From Azolla caroliniana (lineage: Eukaryota > Plantae > Polypodiophyta): 64,000 nucleotides of DNA. Position numbers and translations under genes: made by a program. The stretch covers positions 2,976,001 through 3,040,000 of the forward strand of contig JBHGNT010000013.1 of the NCBI GenBank assembly GCA_043228905.1, given 5' to 3'. This document shows positions 22,802 through 35,302 of the stretch, piece after piece; positions within the stretch are counted from its first letter, which is position 1; every line of letters starts with the position of its first letter. The notes beneath the pieces were generated by a model that did no database searches, was not told the origin of the DNA, and saw only the letters and a list, made by a program, of their open reading frames with translations.

Positions 22802-23886
22802 AGAGACAGAGACAGAGAGATAGAGTGAGTCTCTGTTGTAACCGCCGTTAGGTGAAGATTGCGAGCACGAGGTCGTTGCCTCTGTGTTTCCCTATTGTAT
22901 TCTTCTTACATAGTGATAGTTTGGAGTCTGTGGACTCCCGTGGTTTTTCCCTCTCAGGGTTTTCCACATTAACATATTGTGTACCCTCTCTCATATTATC
23001 TGTGTGTACGTGTATTCACCTCTATTCCCATTCTCGATGTTCGATTCGAAACGACACGATCTGAGACTTGGTTGTGGCCGAGTAACATTCCGCATATTTC
23101 ACGTCAAACTGATATCAGAACAAACAACACAGAAAATGGAAGAATCGCTTGGCAGCATGTTCAAGCTCACCAGCTCCAACTACTCAGTGTGGAAGTCGAA
23201 GATGAGGGACATGCTCGTGGTTAAAGATCTTTGGTTGCCGATTCAATTTGGGGACAAGAGACCAGACAAGATCGATGCCACGATCTTGTCCGGAGGTGAT
23301 GCACATGAAGACAACGGCATACATCCAGTGCTTCATCGACATGAGCCTGTACAACAACTTCAATGAAGAGAGCAAGGCTCATGAGCTCTGGGAGAAGATC
23401 GACATTATGTTTCAAAACAAAAATGTTGTTAATCGGGTTTCAGTATTCCGGAAGCTAGTAAGACTCCGGTACCAAGATGGCTCCAACATGGCGGAGAACA
23501 TGAATGCCTTCCAAGAGATGATTCACCAGGAAACATCGTTGGAAGTACCTCTTGCCAATGAGGTACTAGCATTGCTCCTGCTCGGTTCCCTCCCAGATAG
23601 TTGGGAGACGTTAGTTGTCACTTTGGGCAACGCCGGACCGGAAGGAAAACAGTTATCCCTAGCAAGAGTCAAGTCGAGCCTACTAGATGAGGAGGCGCGT
23701 CGGAAAGACAAGGATACGAGCTCGGACTCCAAAGCCCTCCTTACCGAATCGGAATGCGGAAGACAAAGGAACCGTAGTCCCCAGAACCGGGAAAAGTCGG
23801 GGACACAGTCAAAGCCAAGGGGGAGGCCCACTTGCTTCTATTGCGGCAAGCCGGGTCACTTCCAAAAGAACTGTCGGGATTTCCGG
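22802..23886 (+). repeat. ~1.08-kb direct duplication (3' half of LTR, PBS, gag start), copy 1; copy 2 at ~26270-27354
   Basis: Constant offset of 3468 bp with only a handful of substitutions (ORFs 22852/26320 and 23248/26716). Confidence 0.95.
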
Positions 23887-23965
23887 GATCATGAGTTTTG
23901 TTGATCATACGATCGTCGACAAGGAGTGCGAATGGTCTATCATCGGTGCACGGCTTGGAGAGCAT

Positions 23966-23996
<31 letters not shown>

Positions 23997-24579
23997 AACC
24001 TTGAAAACTTAAATTATTATCGAGATTAAAACTTAAATATAACTAAAAATATAATAAGAAAGGGAGAGAGGGCTAGCCATTAAGTATTAATTAAAAGGAC
24101 TAAAACAAATGTTACTAACATGTTAAGAGAGAGAGTGAGTGATTAAGAGCAAAGCTATTACTAATTATCATTAAGATTGAAAAAGAAATTACATGGGGAT
24201 ATGGTCATGAGCAAACTAGTTTCGCCCACCACGGGGCTCATCAGTGCTAAAATGACCATTAGGGGTGGATAGGTTTATATAAGGAGTTTTAGGAGAGGGT
24301 TTAGAGAAATGACAATAGGGAGTGGGGGTGTGTGCTTATGGATATGATTTGAAAAGGGGAAGATTTGGAGAAGAAGGAAAAGGATACTATGAGCTTTAAT
24401 GTGACAAGGGGGAGGTTTTGGTATAAGGGAAAAGAGGTTATAATGTTAACGAGAGATGAGGAGAAAAGAGAGAGTTAGGATATGAAATGTAAAATGAGGG
24501 GAAATATTCAAAGGGGAGTTAAGATTGAGGGGGAAATAAGGAAAATATGTGAGATGATGAGAAAGGAAGGAAAGAGGCA

Positions 24580-24616
<37 letters not shown>

Positions 24617-25382
24617 GAGAGAGAGAGAGAGGAATGAGTAGACATAAGGGGAGTGAGTAGATCTACGAGGATCAAGGGTGGGAAAACGAGAGAAAAAAAG
24701 TAAGAGAGAGAAAGAGGGTAGAGAGAGGAGAGAGATGCACGTGTAAACTAGACAAAGTAAGAGAGAGAAAGGAAATAGGAGAGAGGTAAGGGAGAGAGAC
24801 AAGTGTGGGGAAAGAGGAAAAGAAAAAGGGGGAAGACTATAGATTTAGGAAGAGGATGGGGAGGGGTAGGGTAAAAAATTAAAACATGGGTGAGGGTAGA
24901 AAAACAAAAATAGAAAGGTGGATAAAATAGGATAGGAAAAGATTTTGAGAGAGGAAAGGAAAAACTAAGAGAGGGAGAAGTGATAGCTTAAGTGTGAGAG
25001 AGGAAAAAAAAGGAAAAGATTTAGAGAGAGGAGGGGTGGGGGTAGGGTGTTTAGTTTTCAAGAAATGAGGGGGGGGGTTTAGGGGAGGGGTAGGGTGGCA
25101 GTAAGAAAAAGTGGGAGGAGGGGTAGAAAGGTAATTCAAAAATAAAAATAAAAATAAAAAAACTAAGGGGGAAGGGTAAGGGGGTAATTTTAAAAAAAAC
25201 TGAGGGGGAAGGGTAGGAGGGTAATTTAGGAAGGTAAGGGAGGGGTAAGGGGGTAAATTGACAAAGTGGTGAAGTGAAAAGTTCACCAAGAACAATTTGA
25301 GCGCACCCAAACCGTTTGATACACTTAGTGTGAGCTAGAGAGGGTTAAGGTTAGGGGTAGGGTGGTAATAAAAAGTAAAGAG

Positions 25383-25417
<35 letters not shown>

Positions 25418-25441
25418 GGATATAAAAGTAAGAAAGATAGA

Positions 25442-25484
<43 letters not shown>

Positions 25485-26274
25485 GGAGAGTGACAAAAGA
25501 GGATATGAAAGTAAGAAAGAGGGAGAGAGAGAGAGAGAGAGAGAGAAGAAAAATATATGGAAATTGATGACGGGGGTAATGGGTAAATACAATCTAAAGA
25601 TTATGTTTTTAATAAAAGTGTAGGAGAGAGGTATAAGTAAAAATATGAGAAAGTAGGGGAAGGGGTAGGGCTGAAATTAGGAGAAAGTATTAGGGGTAGG
25701 GCCGAAAATAGGAGAAAGTAGGGGAGGGGTAGGGTTGAAAATAGGAGAAAGTTAGGGAATGGTAGGGCCGTATGGTTAAAAATATGCAAAATCTAACAAG
25801 GAGTGAGTGCATATGTAGGGATGTGGGTGACAAGCATTGTCATTGGGGATATAGTTTAGGGTTTGAGATACAAAATGAAAATAATGTCGGCTACCGAATG
25901 TAGTCCCGAACATATACAATGAAAGAGCAATAAGAAATGGGAAAATGCATGGCTAGCGAATGTAGTCCCATGCTTACAACATAATGATGTGCGAAAAGTA
26001 AGGTAGAGTGTTGAGAGCTTGTTATGTGAGAGGATACGAGAGACAAGTTGATGACGCCATTGCAAAGCCACGCAACGTTTTGTGGGGGCACTTGGCACGA
26101 AACGAGGGCTCGGTGGTTGCCGATGCTATCCCGCCGTGGGTGCCTATCCTCGATACATGGGCCTCCATAGAGAATGCGGGATCATGAGTTTTGTTGATCA
26201 TACGATCGTCGACAAGGAGTGCGAATGGTCTATCATCGGTGCACGGCTTGGAGAGCATGAGAGAGAGAGAGAGA
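23884..26274. mobile_element. Non-coding hammerhead-bearing retroelement (Penelope-like non-autonomous element / retrozyme candidate) anchored in (GA)n
   Basis: 82-bp direct terminal repeats (23884-23965 and 26177-26258), each followed by (GA)n. Hammerhead at 24201-24259. Flanked by the 1.08-kb target duplication, with a CGG microhomology at the left junction. Confidence 0.72.
24201..24259 (-). ncRNA. Minimal type I hammerhead ribozyme
   Basis: AUGGUCAU-UUU-AGCA-CUGAUGA-GCCC-CGUGGU-GGGC-GAA-ACUAGU-U^UGCU-C-AUGACCAU. Perfect core, stems I and II paired, palindromic mini stem III, GUU cleavage triplet. Confidence 0.9.
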
Positions 26275-26603
26275 CAGAGACAAAGAGATAGAGTGAGTCT
26301 CTGTTGTAACCGCCGTTAGGTGAAGATTGCAAGCACGAGGTCGTTGCCTCTGTGTTTCCCTATTGTATTCTTCTTACATAGTGATAGTTTGGAGTCTGTG
26401 GACTCCCGTGGTTTTTCCCTCTCAGGGTTTTCCACGTTAACATATTGTGTACCCTCTCTCATATTATCTGTGTGTACGTGTATTCACCTCTATTCCCATT
26501 CTCGATGTTCGATTCGAAACGACACGATCTGAGACTTGGTTGTGGCCGAGTAACATTCCGCATATTTCGCGTCAAACTGATATCAGAGCAAACAACACAG
26601 AAA

Positions 26604-29600
26604 ATGGAAGAATCGCTTGGCAGCATGTTCAAGCTCACCAGCTCCAACTACTCAGTGTGGAAGTCGAAGATGAGGGACATGCTCGTGGTTAAAGATCTTT
26701 GGTTGCCGATTCAATTTGGGGACAAGAGACCAGACAAGATCGATGCCACGATCTTGTCCGGAGGTGATGCACATGAAGACAACGGCATACATCCAGTGCT
26801 TCATCGACATGAGCCTGTACAACAACTTCAATGAAGAGAGCAAGGCTCATGAGCTCTGGGAGAAGATCGACATTATGTTTCAAAACAAAAATGTTGTTAA
26901 TCGGGTTTCAGTATTCCGGAAGCTAGTAAGACTCCGGTACCAAGATGGCTCCAACATGGCGGAGAACATGAATGCCTTCCAAGAGATGATTCACCAGGAA
27001 ACATCGTTGGAAGTACCTCTTGCCAATGAGGTACTAGCATTGCTCCTGCTCGGTTCCCTCCCAGATAGTTGGGAGACGTTAGTTGTCACTTTGGGCAACG
27101 CCGGACCGGAAGTAAAACAGTTATCCCTAGCAAGAGTCAAGTCGACCCTACTAGATGAGGAGGCGCGTCGGAAAGACAAGGATACGAGCTCGGACTCCAA
27201 AGCCCTCCTTACCGAATCGGAATGCGGAAGACAAAGGAACCGTAGTCCCCAGAACCGGGAAAAGTCGGGGACACAGTCAAAGCCAAGGGGGAGGCCCACT
27301 TGCTTCTATTGCGGCAAGCCGGGTCACTTCCAAAAGAACTGTCGGGATTTCCGGAAAGACAAAGGAACCGACAGTACCGATTCAAAGCGGTCACCGGACC
27401 GGAACGGTAAAGACCGGAGGGGACCGGACCGGAAGGGAACGACGGCAATCGCGGCAAGTGAAGAGGAGTTGATGCTCATCACTGAGGAGAGTGAGTTGAA
27501 CCTTGCCGGCGATGAGACAACGTGCGTTGTCGATTCCGGATCGTCATTCCATCTTATCCTGGACCGGAAATGCTTCTCATCCTACACGACCGGTGATCAC
27601 GGCTGTGTCCGGATGGGTAATGAAGGGACATGCCAAATTGTCGGCATAGGAAACGTGTGGCTGTCAACACCAACCGAATGCAAGTTGCTACTAAAGGATG
27701 TTCAACACGTTCTGGAGGTTCGACTGAACCTGATATCAACCGGTCGGCTAGATGATGAAGGCTACACGGGTAGCATCCGGAACGGTGTCATGAAATTCAG
27801 CAAAGGGATCCTGATAGTGTCTTGTGCCCGGAACGTCAACACGTTGTACCTGATGAATGCCCGGTTATGCCCAGAAGACGTGAACGTGGCATCCGACACT
27901 GCCGGTGAGCTGTGGCACAAGAGACTGTGTCACATGAGCAAGAAGGGGATGAGGAGGCTTGCCAATGACACCCTCATTCCGGTAAAGAACGTGCATCTTG
28001 AGAGGTGCACCAACTGCCTGGCCAACAAGCAAAACGGGACCTCCTTCCGATAAAGGCCACCGATGAGATGTAATGCACCACTAGAGCTTGTGCATACCGA
28101 TCTGTGTCAAGTAGACACGAAGTCATAGATGACCACAACATGAAGCTGTGGGCCACACCACTGAAGACGAAGGATTAGGTGTTATCCGTCTTCAAGGACC
28201 TCCACGCGAGAGTGGAAAGAGAAACCGGCCGGAAGCTGAAGGCGGTTCGAGCAGATAATGGAGGAGAATACAGGGGGCAGTTTGAGGAGTATTGCCGCTC
28301 GAAGGGAATCTGGCTCAAATTTACCGTGCCGAAGACGCCGGAACTCAATGGGCTGGCCAAGAGGATGAACCAGACCATAATGGAGAGGGTCCGGAGTATG
28401 CTAGCACATGCTAAGCTACCCAAGACGTTTTGGGCTGAGGCGTTGTCGACAGCGACGTATGTGATAAACAGGTCACCCTCAGTATCCTTGGACGGAGACT
28501 CACCGCAGAAAGTATGGACCGGTAAGGATGTGTCTTACCAACATCTGAAGGTGTTCGGGTGTCTTACTTACATGCATGTGGCAAAGGACCGGAGAGAAAA
28601 GTTGGACCCAAAGTCCCGGCCTTACATATTCCTCGGATACGGCGATGATGAGTTCGGCTACCAAGTGTGGGATCCGGTTTACAAGAAGGTTTTCCGGAGT
28701 CGGGATATTATCTTCATGGAGGACAAGACCCTTGCCGACTGGGATTCGGAGAAGAAGATAATGAACTCTGAGTCGACCAGTAAGGATCGATTTGATGAGA
28801 TTCAGACCTGCCCGGCTAAGAGCCGGTTGACACTCAAAGAACCGGCCGGTTACGGTGAGGATACCGAACCAACCGAAGAAGAAGAAGAAATTGAAACCGG
28901 AACCGGACAAGACCCCGAATCGGATTCGGATGAAGAACAGACACAGGAGCCGGTTACCGAAAACCAAGGACGGAGATATCCTCTCTGGGAAAGAAGTGCC
29001 CCCCGGAGATTTCCAGATGCAGAACGTGTACTGCTGACCGATGAGGGGGAGCCAAAAGGCTTCGAAGAAGCGAAGGATGACACCCATAACCGCAAGTGGT
29101 TGAGTGCCATGCAAGACCAGATGGATTCCCTGCATGAGAACCACACGTATGAATTGGTGGAGTTGCCGAAAGGAAAGAAGGCACTCCGAAACAAGTGGAT
29201 GTACAAGCTGAAACCGGGAGATGCTGGCAACCCCCCGAGATACAAAGCCAGGATCGTGGTGAAGGGGTTCCAGCAGAACAAGGGCATGGACTTTGACGAG
29301 ATATTTGCCCCGGTAGTAAAGATGACTTCCATTCGGACAGTGCTGAGCATAGCGGCAAGCATGGACCTCGAGGTAGAGCAGTTAGACGTGAAGACGACGT
29401 TCCTCCACGGCGACCTCAAAGAGGAGATCTACATGTAGCAACCGGAGGGATTTGTGAAGAAAGGGAAGGAGCACCTGGACTGCGGTTGAAGAAGAGCCTC
29501 TATGGTTTGAAGCAGGCTCCCCAGCAATGGTACCGGAAGTTCGACTCCTTCATGACCGATCAAGGGTACCACAAGACGCAAGCCGATCATTGCGTGTTTG

Positions 29601-30597
29601 TGAAGAAATTTGACGGAGGAGACTTCCTGATACTCCTCGTGTATGTGGATGATATGTTGATCGTCGGACGAGACCAAGTCAAGATACGGATTCTAAAGAA
29701 GGTCCTGAACCGGACCTTCTCAATGAAAGACATGGGATGCTTATCATCCAGGACCAGTCAACGAAGCAATTGTGGCTGTCATAGGAGAAGTATGTGACAA
29801 AGGTGCTTCGGCAGTTTAACATGTCATATGCAAAACCAGTCGGATCGACACTCCCGGCAAACTGTAGGTTATCCGGTAAGCAAAGTCCGAAGACGAAGGC
29901 AGAGAAGGCGGATATGATGAAGATATCATATGCATCTGCCGTCGGGAGCTCAATGTACGCAATAGTGTGTACCCGACCGGATATCGGATATGTAGTCGAA
30001 GTAGTGAGCCGGTTTATGAGCAATCCCGGCAAGGAGCACTGGAATGCGGTAAAATGGATACTCCGGTACTTAAAGGGCACCTCAACTATGTGTCTCCGAT
30101 TCGGCTCCGGTAAACCCCAACTTGACGGTTTCACCGATTCGGATATGTCGGCTAATGCGGATACCAGCCAGTCAACATCGGGATACGTCATGACATATGT
30201 AGGGGGAGCTGTTTCGTGGCAGTCGAGGCTGTAGAAGACGGTTGCACTGTCAACCACGGAGGCGGAGTACATGGCAGCCGTGGAAGCCGAAAAGGAAATA
30301 TTATGGATGAAGTACTTCATCGGAGAGCTAGGGATCCGGCAAGAGGAATACCGGCTCTATTGCGACGGTCAAAGTGCCATCCACCTTGCAAAGAACGTTG
30401 CCTACCATTCCAGGATGAAGCACATCCAGTGGAGGTACCACTGGATTCGGGAGCGAGTAGAAGACCGACAGTTCATGCTGATGAAGATCCACACGGAGGA
30501 GAACGGGTTGGATATGCTAACCAAGGTGTTGATGCCCAACAAGCTGGAAGCATGCCAGAAGCAAATTGGACTAACCAGACATCCCATGCCGAAGTGA
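26604..30597 (+). pseudogene. copia C gag-pol polyprotein (frameshifts and stops)
   Basis: CFYCGKPGHFQKNC, VVDSGSSFH, RADNGGEY, LDVKTTFLHG, YGLKQAP, VYVDD, FTDSD, DMLTK. Confidence 0.95.
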
Positions 30598-31218
30598 AGG
30601 GGGAGTTTGTTAGGATTTCGGTTCCTCCGGATGGGATGATGAAGGCCCGGTGAGAACCGGATGATGAGTACCCGACAAGGAAGACCCGGTGAGAACCAGA
30701 TGAAGGGACATATATGTAAATATGTTTTTGTTTGTCCATCGTGGCTATATTTGTAAATAGCCCGAAAGTCATATTAGTATAAATATGACCTAGGGCAAAC
30801 ACTTATGTGTAGTAGTTGTCATTATCGTCGCATAGAGTTATTGGTGTAATTGTTGTACAAAGCGTAGCAGAAGAAAAGAGAGAGAGAGAGAGTGTGTGTG
30901 TGAGTGAGTGAGTGAGTGAGTGAGTGAGTGAGTGAGTCTCTGTTGTAACCGCCGCCAGGCAAAGATTGCGAGCACGAGGTTGTTGCCTCTATGTTTCCCT
31001 ATTGTATTCTTCTTACATAGTGATAGTTTGGATTCTGTGGGCTCCTATGGTTTTTCCCTCTCAGGGTTTTCCACATTAACATATTGTGTACCCTCTCTCA
31101 TATTATATGTGTGTACGTGTATTCACCTCTATTCCCATTCTCGATGTTCGATTCGAAACGACATGATCTGAGACTTGGTTGTGGCCGAGTAACATTCCGC
31201 ATATTTCGCGTCACGATC

Positions 31219-34020
31219 TCTGGCACAAGCGGATCGGCCACGTCAATTATCAGAGGATTCAATACCTGCAATCGAAACAAGTCGTTTTTGGTTTGCCAAA
31301 ATTTGTGAAGTCTGCCAACTCGGGAAGCAACGTCGGCTTCCATGCCCCACCGAATGAAACCGTAGCCATAACAAGCTCGGCCTTATTCATTCGGATGTAT
31401 GGAGACCGGCACAAAACATTAGTCTTGGCGGGAGTCGGTATTTCGTCTCCTTCATCGACAACTACAGCCGGCACACGTGGATCTACCTCATCGAGAGGAA
31501 GAGCGAAGTCTTCGAGTGTTTCAGGAACCTGCAAAGCCTGGTTGAACGGGATACTGAGAGGAAGATCAAGTGCCTACGGTTAGATAGCGGAAAAGAATAC
31601 TTTTCCGGCCAATTCAACAGTTATTTGGAGCGGAACGGAATTCGGAGAGAATTCAGCTGCAGGTACACACCGAAGCAAAACAGTGTGGCCAAGAGGAAGA
31701 ACCGGTCGATTGCCGACGCGGCAAGGGTAATGCTAGAGGAGAAGAGCATGCCCCATTTCTACTAGGTCGAGGCGGTTCGGACGACCGTCTACATCCAAAA
31801 CCGGATCGGTGACAAGGTGTCCGCGCATGAACTGTATTTCGGGCGCAAGCTGAATCTAAGACACCTTCGGATATTCGGTAGCATTGCATATGTCCATGTG
31901 CCAGATGAGAAGCGGAGGAAGTTGGATGCAAAGTCAGAGAAATGCATCCTGGTCGATTACTCGCATGAGCAAAAGGGGTATAAGTGTTATAACCCCCGGA
32001 CAAAGCAGGTCCAAGTTAGCCAAGATATTGAGTTTGATGAGACGGCATCATGATATGCCTTACCGGCTCCAACTTCCAACCCCGACCCGATACCGGAGGA
32101 TGAGGCTAGTGAGCCTGAACCGGTCAAGTCAGAAGACGAAGGGTTCGAGACTCTAGATGTGAGTCCAGAATCGTTTCGGTTGAGCGACTGGGTCAGACAT
32201 ACCAATCTGATGAGGAACTGGCAAGTAGTGGAGACTCTGTCGTGCTCTCCCTGCGCAAGGAACCGAAGCGACGGTTCACGCGCAAAGAGAAGGGGAAGAA
32301 GAAGATGCTGGAATACGAAACCGGCAACGTTGAGTAGGATCTGAGCGGATCTGACTCCGGAAAGGATGAAGGCATATCTTCGAGAACAAAGCCCGAACCG
32401 GCCAAGAAGGGCCCCAAACCGGGTAACGATAAGTTACGCCGGTCTTCCCACCAAAAGAACCCCGTGAAGTGGTATGGGTACAATGAGTACATGGCGCATC
32501 ATTATGCACCACATGACTAAGGTGGCGGAAGTGCGTGAGCCAGAGAAATGCGGGCACTAGATGCCAACGACACATGGGACATAGTTGATCCTCCCCGACA
32601 CTATAAACCGATTGGATGTAAGTGGGTGTACAAGGTAAAGTACAATGCTGACGGTTAGGTTAACCGGTATAAGGCCCAGTTAGTGGTGAAGGGATACGCG
32701 CAGACCCACGGAATCGACTACGACGAGACCTTCGCTCCGGTAGCGAAGATGACGACGGTTCGTGTGGTGTTGGCAATTGTTGCGGCAAGGGGGTGGTATC
32801 TTCACCAGATAGACGTGAAGAATTTATTTCTTCAAGGCGATCTTGAAGAAGAGGTCTTTATGACCCAACCCCCCCGTTTCCAGTTGGAGATGAACAAGTC
32901 GGCGGTATGCCGGCTGAAGAAGTCACTTTATGGCCTGAAGCAAGCCCCCCGAGTTTGGAATGCGAAGATCACGCACCGGTTGCGTAAGATGGGGTTTGCG
33001 GCCTCCAAGTCCGACTCTTTGTTGTTCATCCGGCAAGGTCCGGACGGTCTGGTTTGCATCTTGTTGTATGTTGATGATCTAGTCATCACCAGACCCGGAC
33101 TCGATGAAATCAGCCGAGTCAAGTACCAGTTGTCGGATGCATTTGAGATGAAGGACCTGGGGGACCTTCACTATTTCCTTGGGATCGGGGTGATCCGAAC
33201 CCCTGATGGCATATTTCTCTCACAAAGACACTATGTATTGAATATGTTATACAAGTTCGGCATGAGGGAATGCCGACCGATCTCCAGACCCTGGACCGGA
33301 ACTAGAAGCTCTGTCCCGACTCCGGACCAGCTTGCGATGAGAAGCAGTTCCGACAAATCGTTGGAAGCCTTATATATTTGACAATCACCCGACCCGACAT
33401 TAGTTATCCAATCGGCGTGATCAGCCAATATATGCAGAAACCGACCATTGAGCACCTTCTATGTGTGCATTGAGTTTTGCGATATGTGAGTGGCACGAAG
33501 GAACGGGGATTGTTATACCGGCATGGTATAACCAAAGAGCTACGCGGCTACACCGATGCCGACTGGGCCGGCGATGCACCGGATCGCCGATCCACCTCCG
33601 GCTATTTGTTTTCCCTTGGTAGCATGGCTATTGCGTGGAGTAGCAAAAAGCAGCCAACAGTGGCCCTTTCGAGCACTGAGGCTGAATATCGGGGCACTAC
33701 CGTTGCCACCTGTGAAGCCATTTGACTTCGGCAACTGCTGCAAGACCTGCAGATCAAGGTGTCGACCCCGATCCTGATCTACTGCGACAACATAAGCAGC
33801 ATGCAACTCGCCAAGAACCTTGTATTCCATGCTCGCACAAAGCACATATAAGTGCACTACCACTTCGTGCGTGAGCGTGTCCTGAGCGGTGAAGTCGAAC
33901 TTCGGTATGTTCATACAGATCAGTAAGTTGCCGACATCTTCACCAAACCGCTCGGATCAGACAAGTTGCAACACTTCACCGAAATGCTTGGTGTTCAGCA
34001 TCTCGACGTGCCACACTTGA
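31219..34020 (+). pseudogene. copia B integrase-RT-RNase H (degenerate)
   Basis: LWHKRIGH, FGSIAYVHVPDEKRRKLD, YGLKQAPR, LYVDD, YTDADWAG. Confidence 0.93.
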
Positions 34021-34249
34021 GGGGGAGAACGGGCAAAGACACCGGAACGGGCAAAGGCAAAGAAACTACAGATTGCGCCAGTGAGGGAAGAACCGACAAA
34101 GGGAGAGACAAGAAGAAGAAGGCAAACAGGACCGGACCGGACGAGGAGCGCGAGCGAGGCGGAGTGACGCCAGAAGGAGTCGGGTGGAAGGATCGGCTGC
34201 CATGGAGACTGACACTACGATCCGACCTCAAGTTGAGCTTGTTGGGGAG

Positions 34250-34667
34250 TGTTGAGCGGCAAGCTCAACCGGATTCGGATCAGCTGAATATGCCTGAGTC
34301 GGATCGGCATCCGGTGAGCAAGTGAGCCGGTGAGTTGGGGAGCCGGTTAGCCAAATCCAACAGTAATTGGAAGCCTAGTAGTAGCCTTGACTGCTAGGTA
34401 GTTAATGACTCGTACTTAGTGTCAGACGCTCGTGTGAGCATTGAAGTACACTGTACTTCTGTCAGTCCTCTTAGGACTCGTATAAATAGTGATGTTGAAG
34501 CACGTTATATATGCAGAGAACTAATATTGTTTTGTAATAGATTTTTAACATTCTGCTCATTCTTTGTCTCTCCTGCGTATACTCTGTGTGTTAATTTCTC
34601 TCTCTCTCTCTCTGTTGCTATCTGGCTGAGCCGGTTTGTTTGACGCTTCCGCACCTTTGTTTTTACA
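34250..34667 (+). repeat. 3' LTR of copia B
   Basis: Matches 8657-9050; followed by TSD CTAAA. Confidence 0.95.
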
Positions 34668-35235
34668 CTAAATTGGGTTACAAGTTCAATATATATAATA
34701 ATTGAACTAGAGCAACTGCCCTTTAGTCTAATTATAGAAATGTCCTAAACCTAGTCTGTCCAAGTGGGACAGTGTGAATACATTCATTATACCCCGTGTG
34801 GCTAACCTAACTTTCAATTGAGGATTTAACCCTAATCTTCACTATGACAGAGTGTTATTTAACTAGCATGCCAAAACAAAGGCATTGTCAGGAACAGTAC
34901 TGAGACAGAGAAGGAATTAGTACTAAACGAAGGATTAGTACTATGAGAGGTGTAGAACTTCTTCAAGAGAAGGAAGAAGTGAGCGAGACGGAGAGAAAGA
35001 GAGAGAGAGAGAGATGATAAGAAAGATATGTATTATATGAAGAGAATATACAATGGTGGCTAAAAGGCTTAAGACTGACGTTGAACCAATTTGGTTCAAC
35101 ATAATGCTTAGTGCCCTCTTTTATAGTGTTTTCAGGAGTAATCCTGAAGCTTCTAGAATGTTCCAGAGAAATCTGGAATATACACTAATTTCCTATAACA
35201 AAATGTAAATGAAAATAATATCCTACGTATTACAA

Positions 35236-35302
35236 TAGATGATCTAATGGTCAAGAGCTCGACCCATATAACCTAAGGTCATGGGTTCGAGTCTTGCCAT
35301 AT
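35236..35302 (+). ncRNA. tRNA-like A/B-box segment at the LTR terminus of D (second copy ~39840-39905)
   Basis: GATGATCTAATGGTCAAGAGC...GGTCATGGGTTCGAGTC. Confidence 0.5.

Larger units (their letters stand above)
22530..31213 (+). mobile_element. Ty1/copia LTR retrotransposon C (Tnt1/Tork-like polyprotein), nested in B
   Basis: LTRs 22530-23106 and 30608-31213, exact TSD CGATC, PPT GAAGGGGGAG. Excision restores B pol DIDLWHKR. Confidence 0.96.
8657..34667 (+). mobile_element. Ty1/copia LTR retrotransposon B (host of the Sola2-like element and copia C)
   Basis: LTRs 8657-9050 and 34250-34667, exact TSD CTAAA, PBS TGGTATCAGAGC at 9051. gag 9143-9536 + 21529-22100, PR (WYVDSGASNH), IN/RT/RH 31219-34020. 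Confidence 0.96.

Noticed and set aside
24446-25789. Leu/Ser/Phe/Pro-rich minus-strand ORFs
   Set aside because: Artefacts of the pyrimidine-rich low-complexity strand, which lacks stop codons.
28500-29419. Long antisense ORFs over copia pol (also 45790-46428, 48285-49146, 52375-52962)
   Set aside because: Shadow frames of GC-rich retrotransposon coding sequence.
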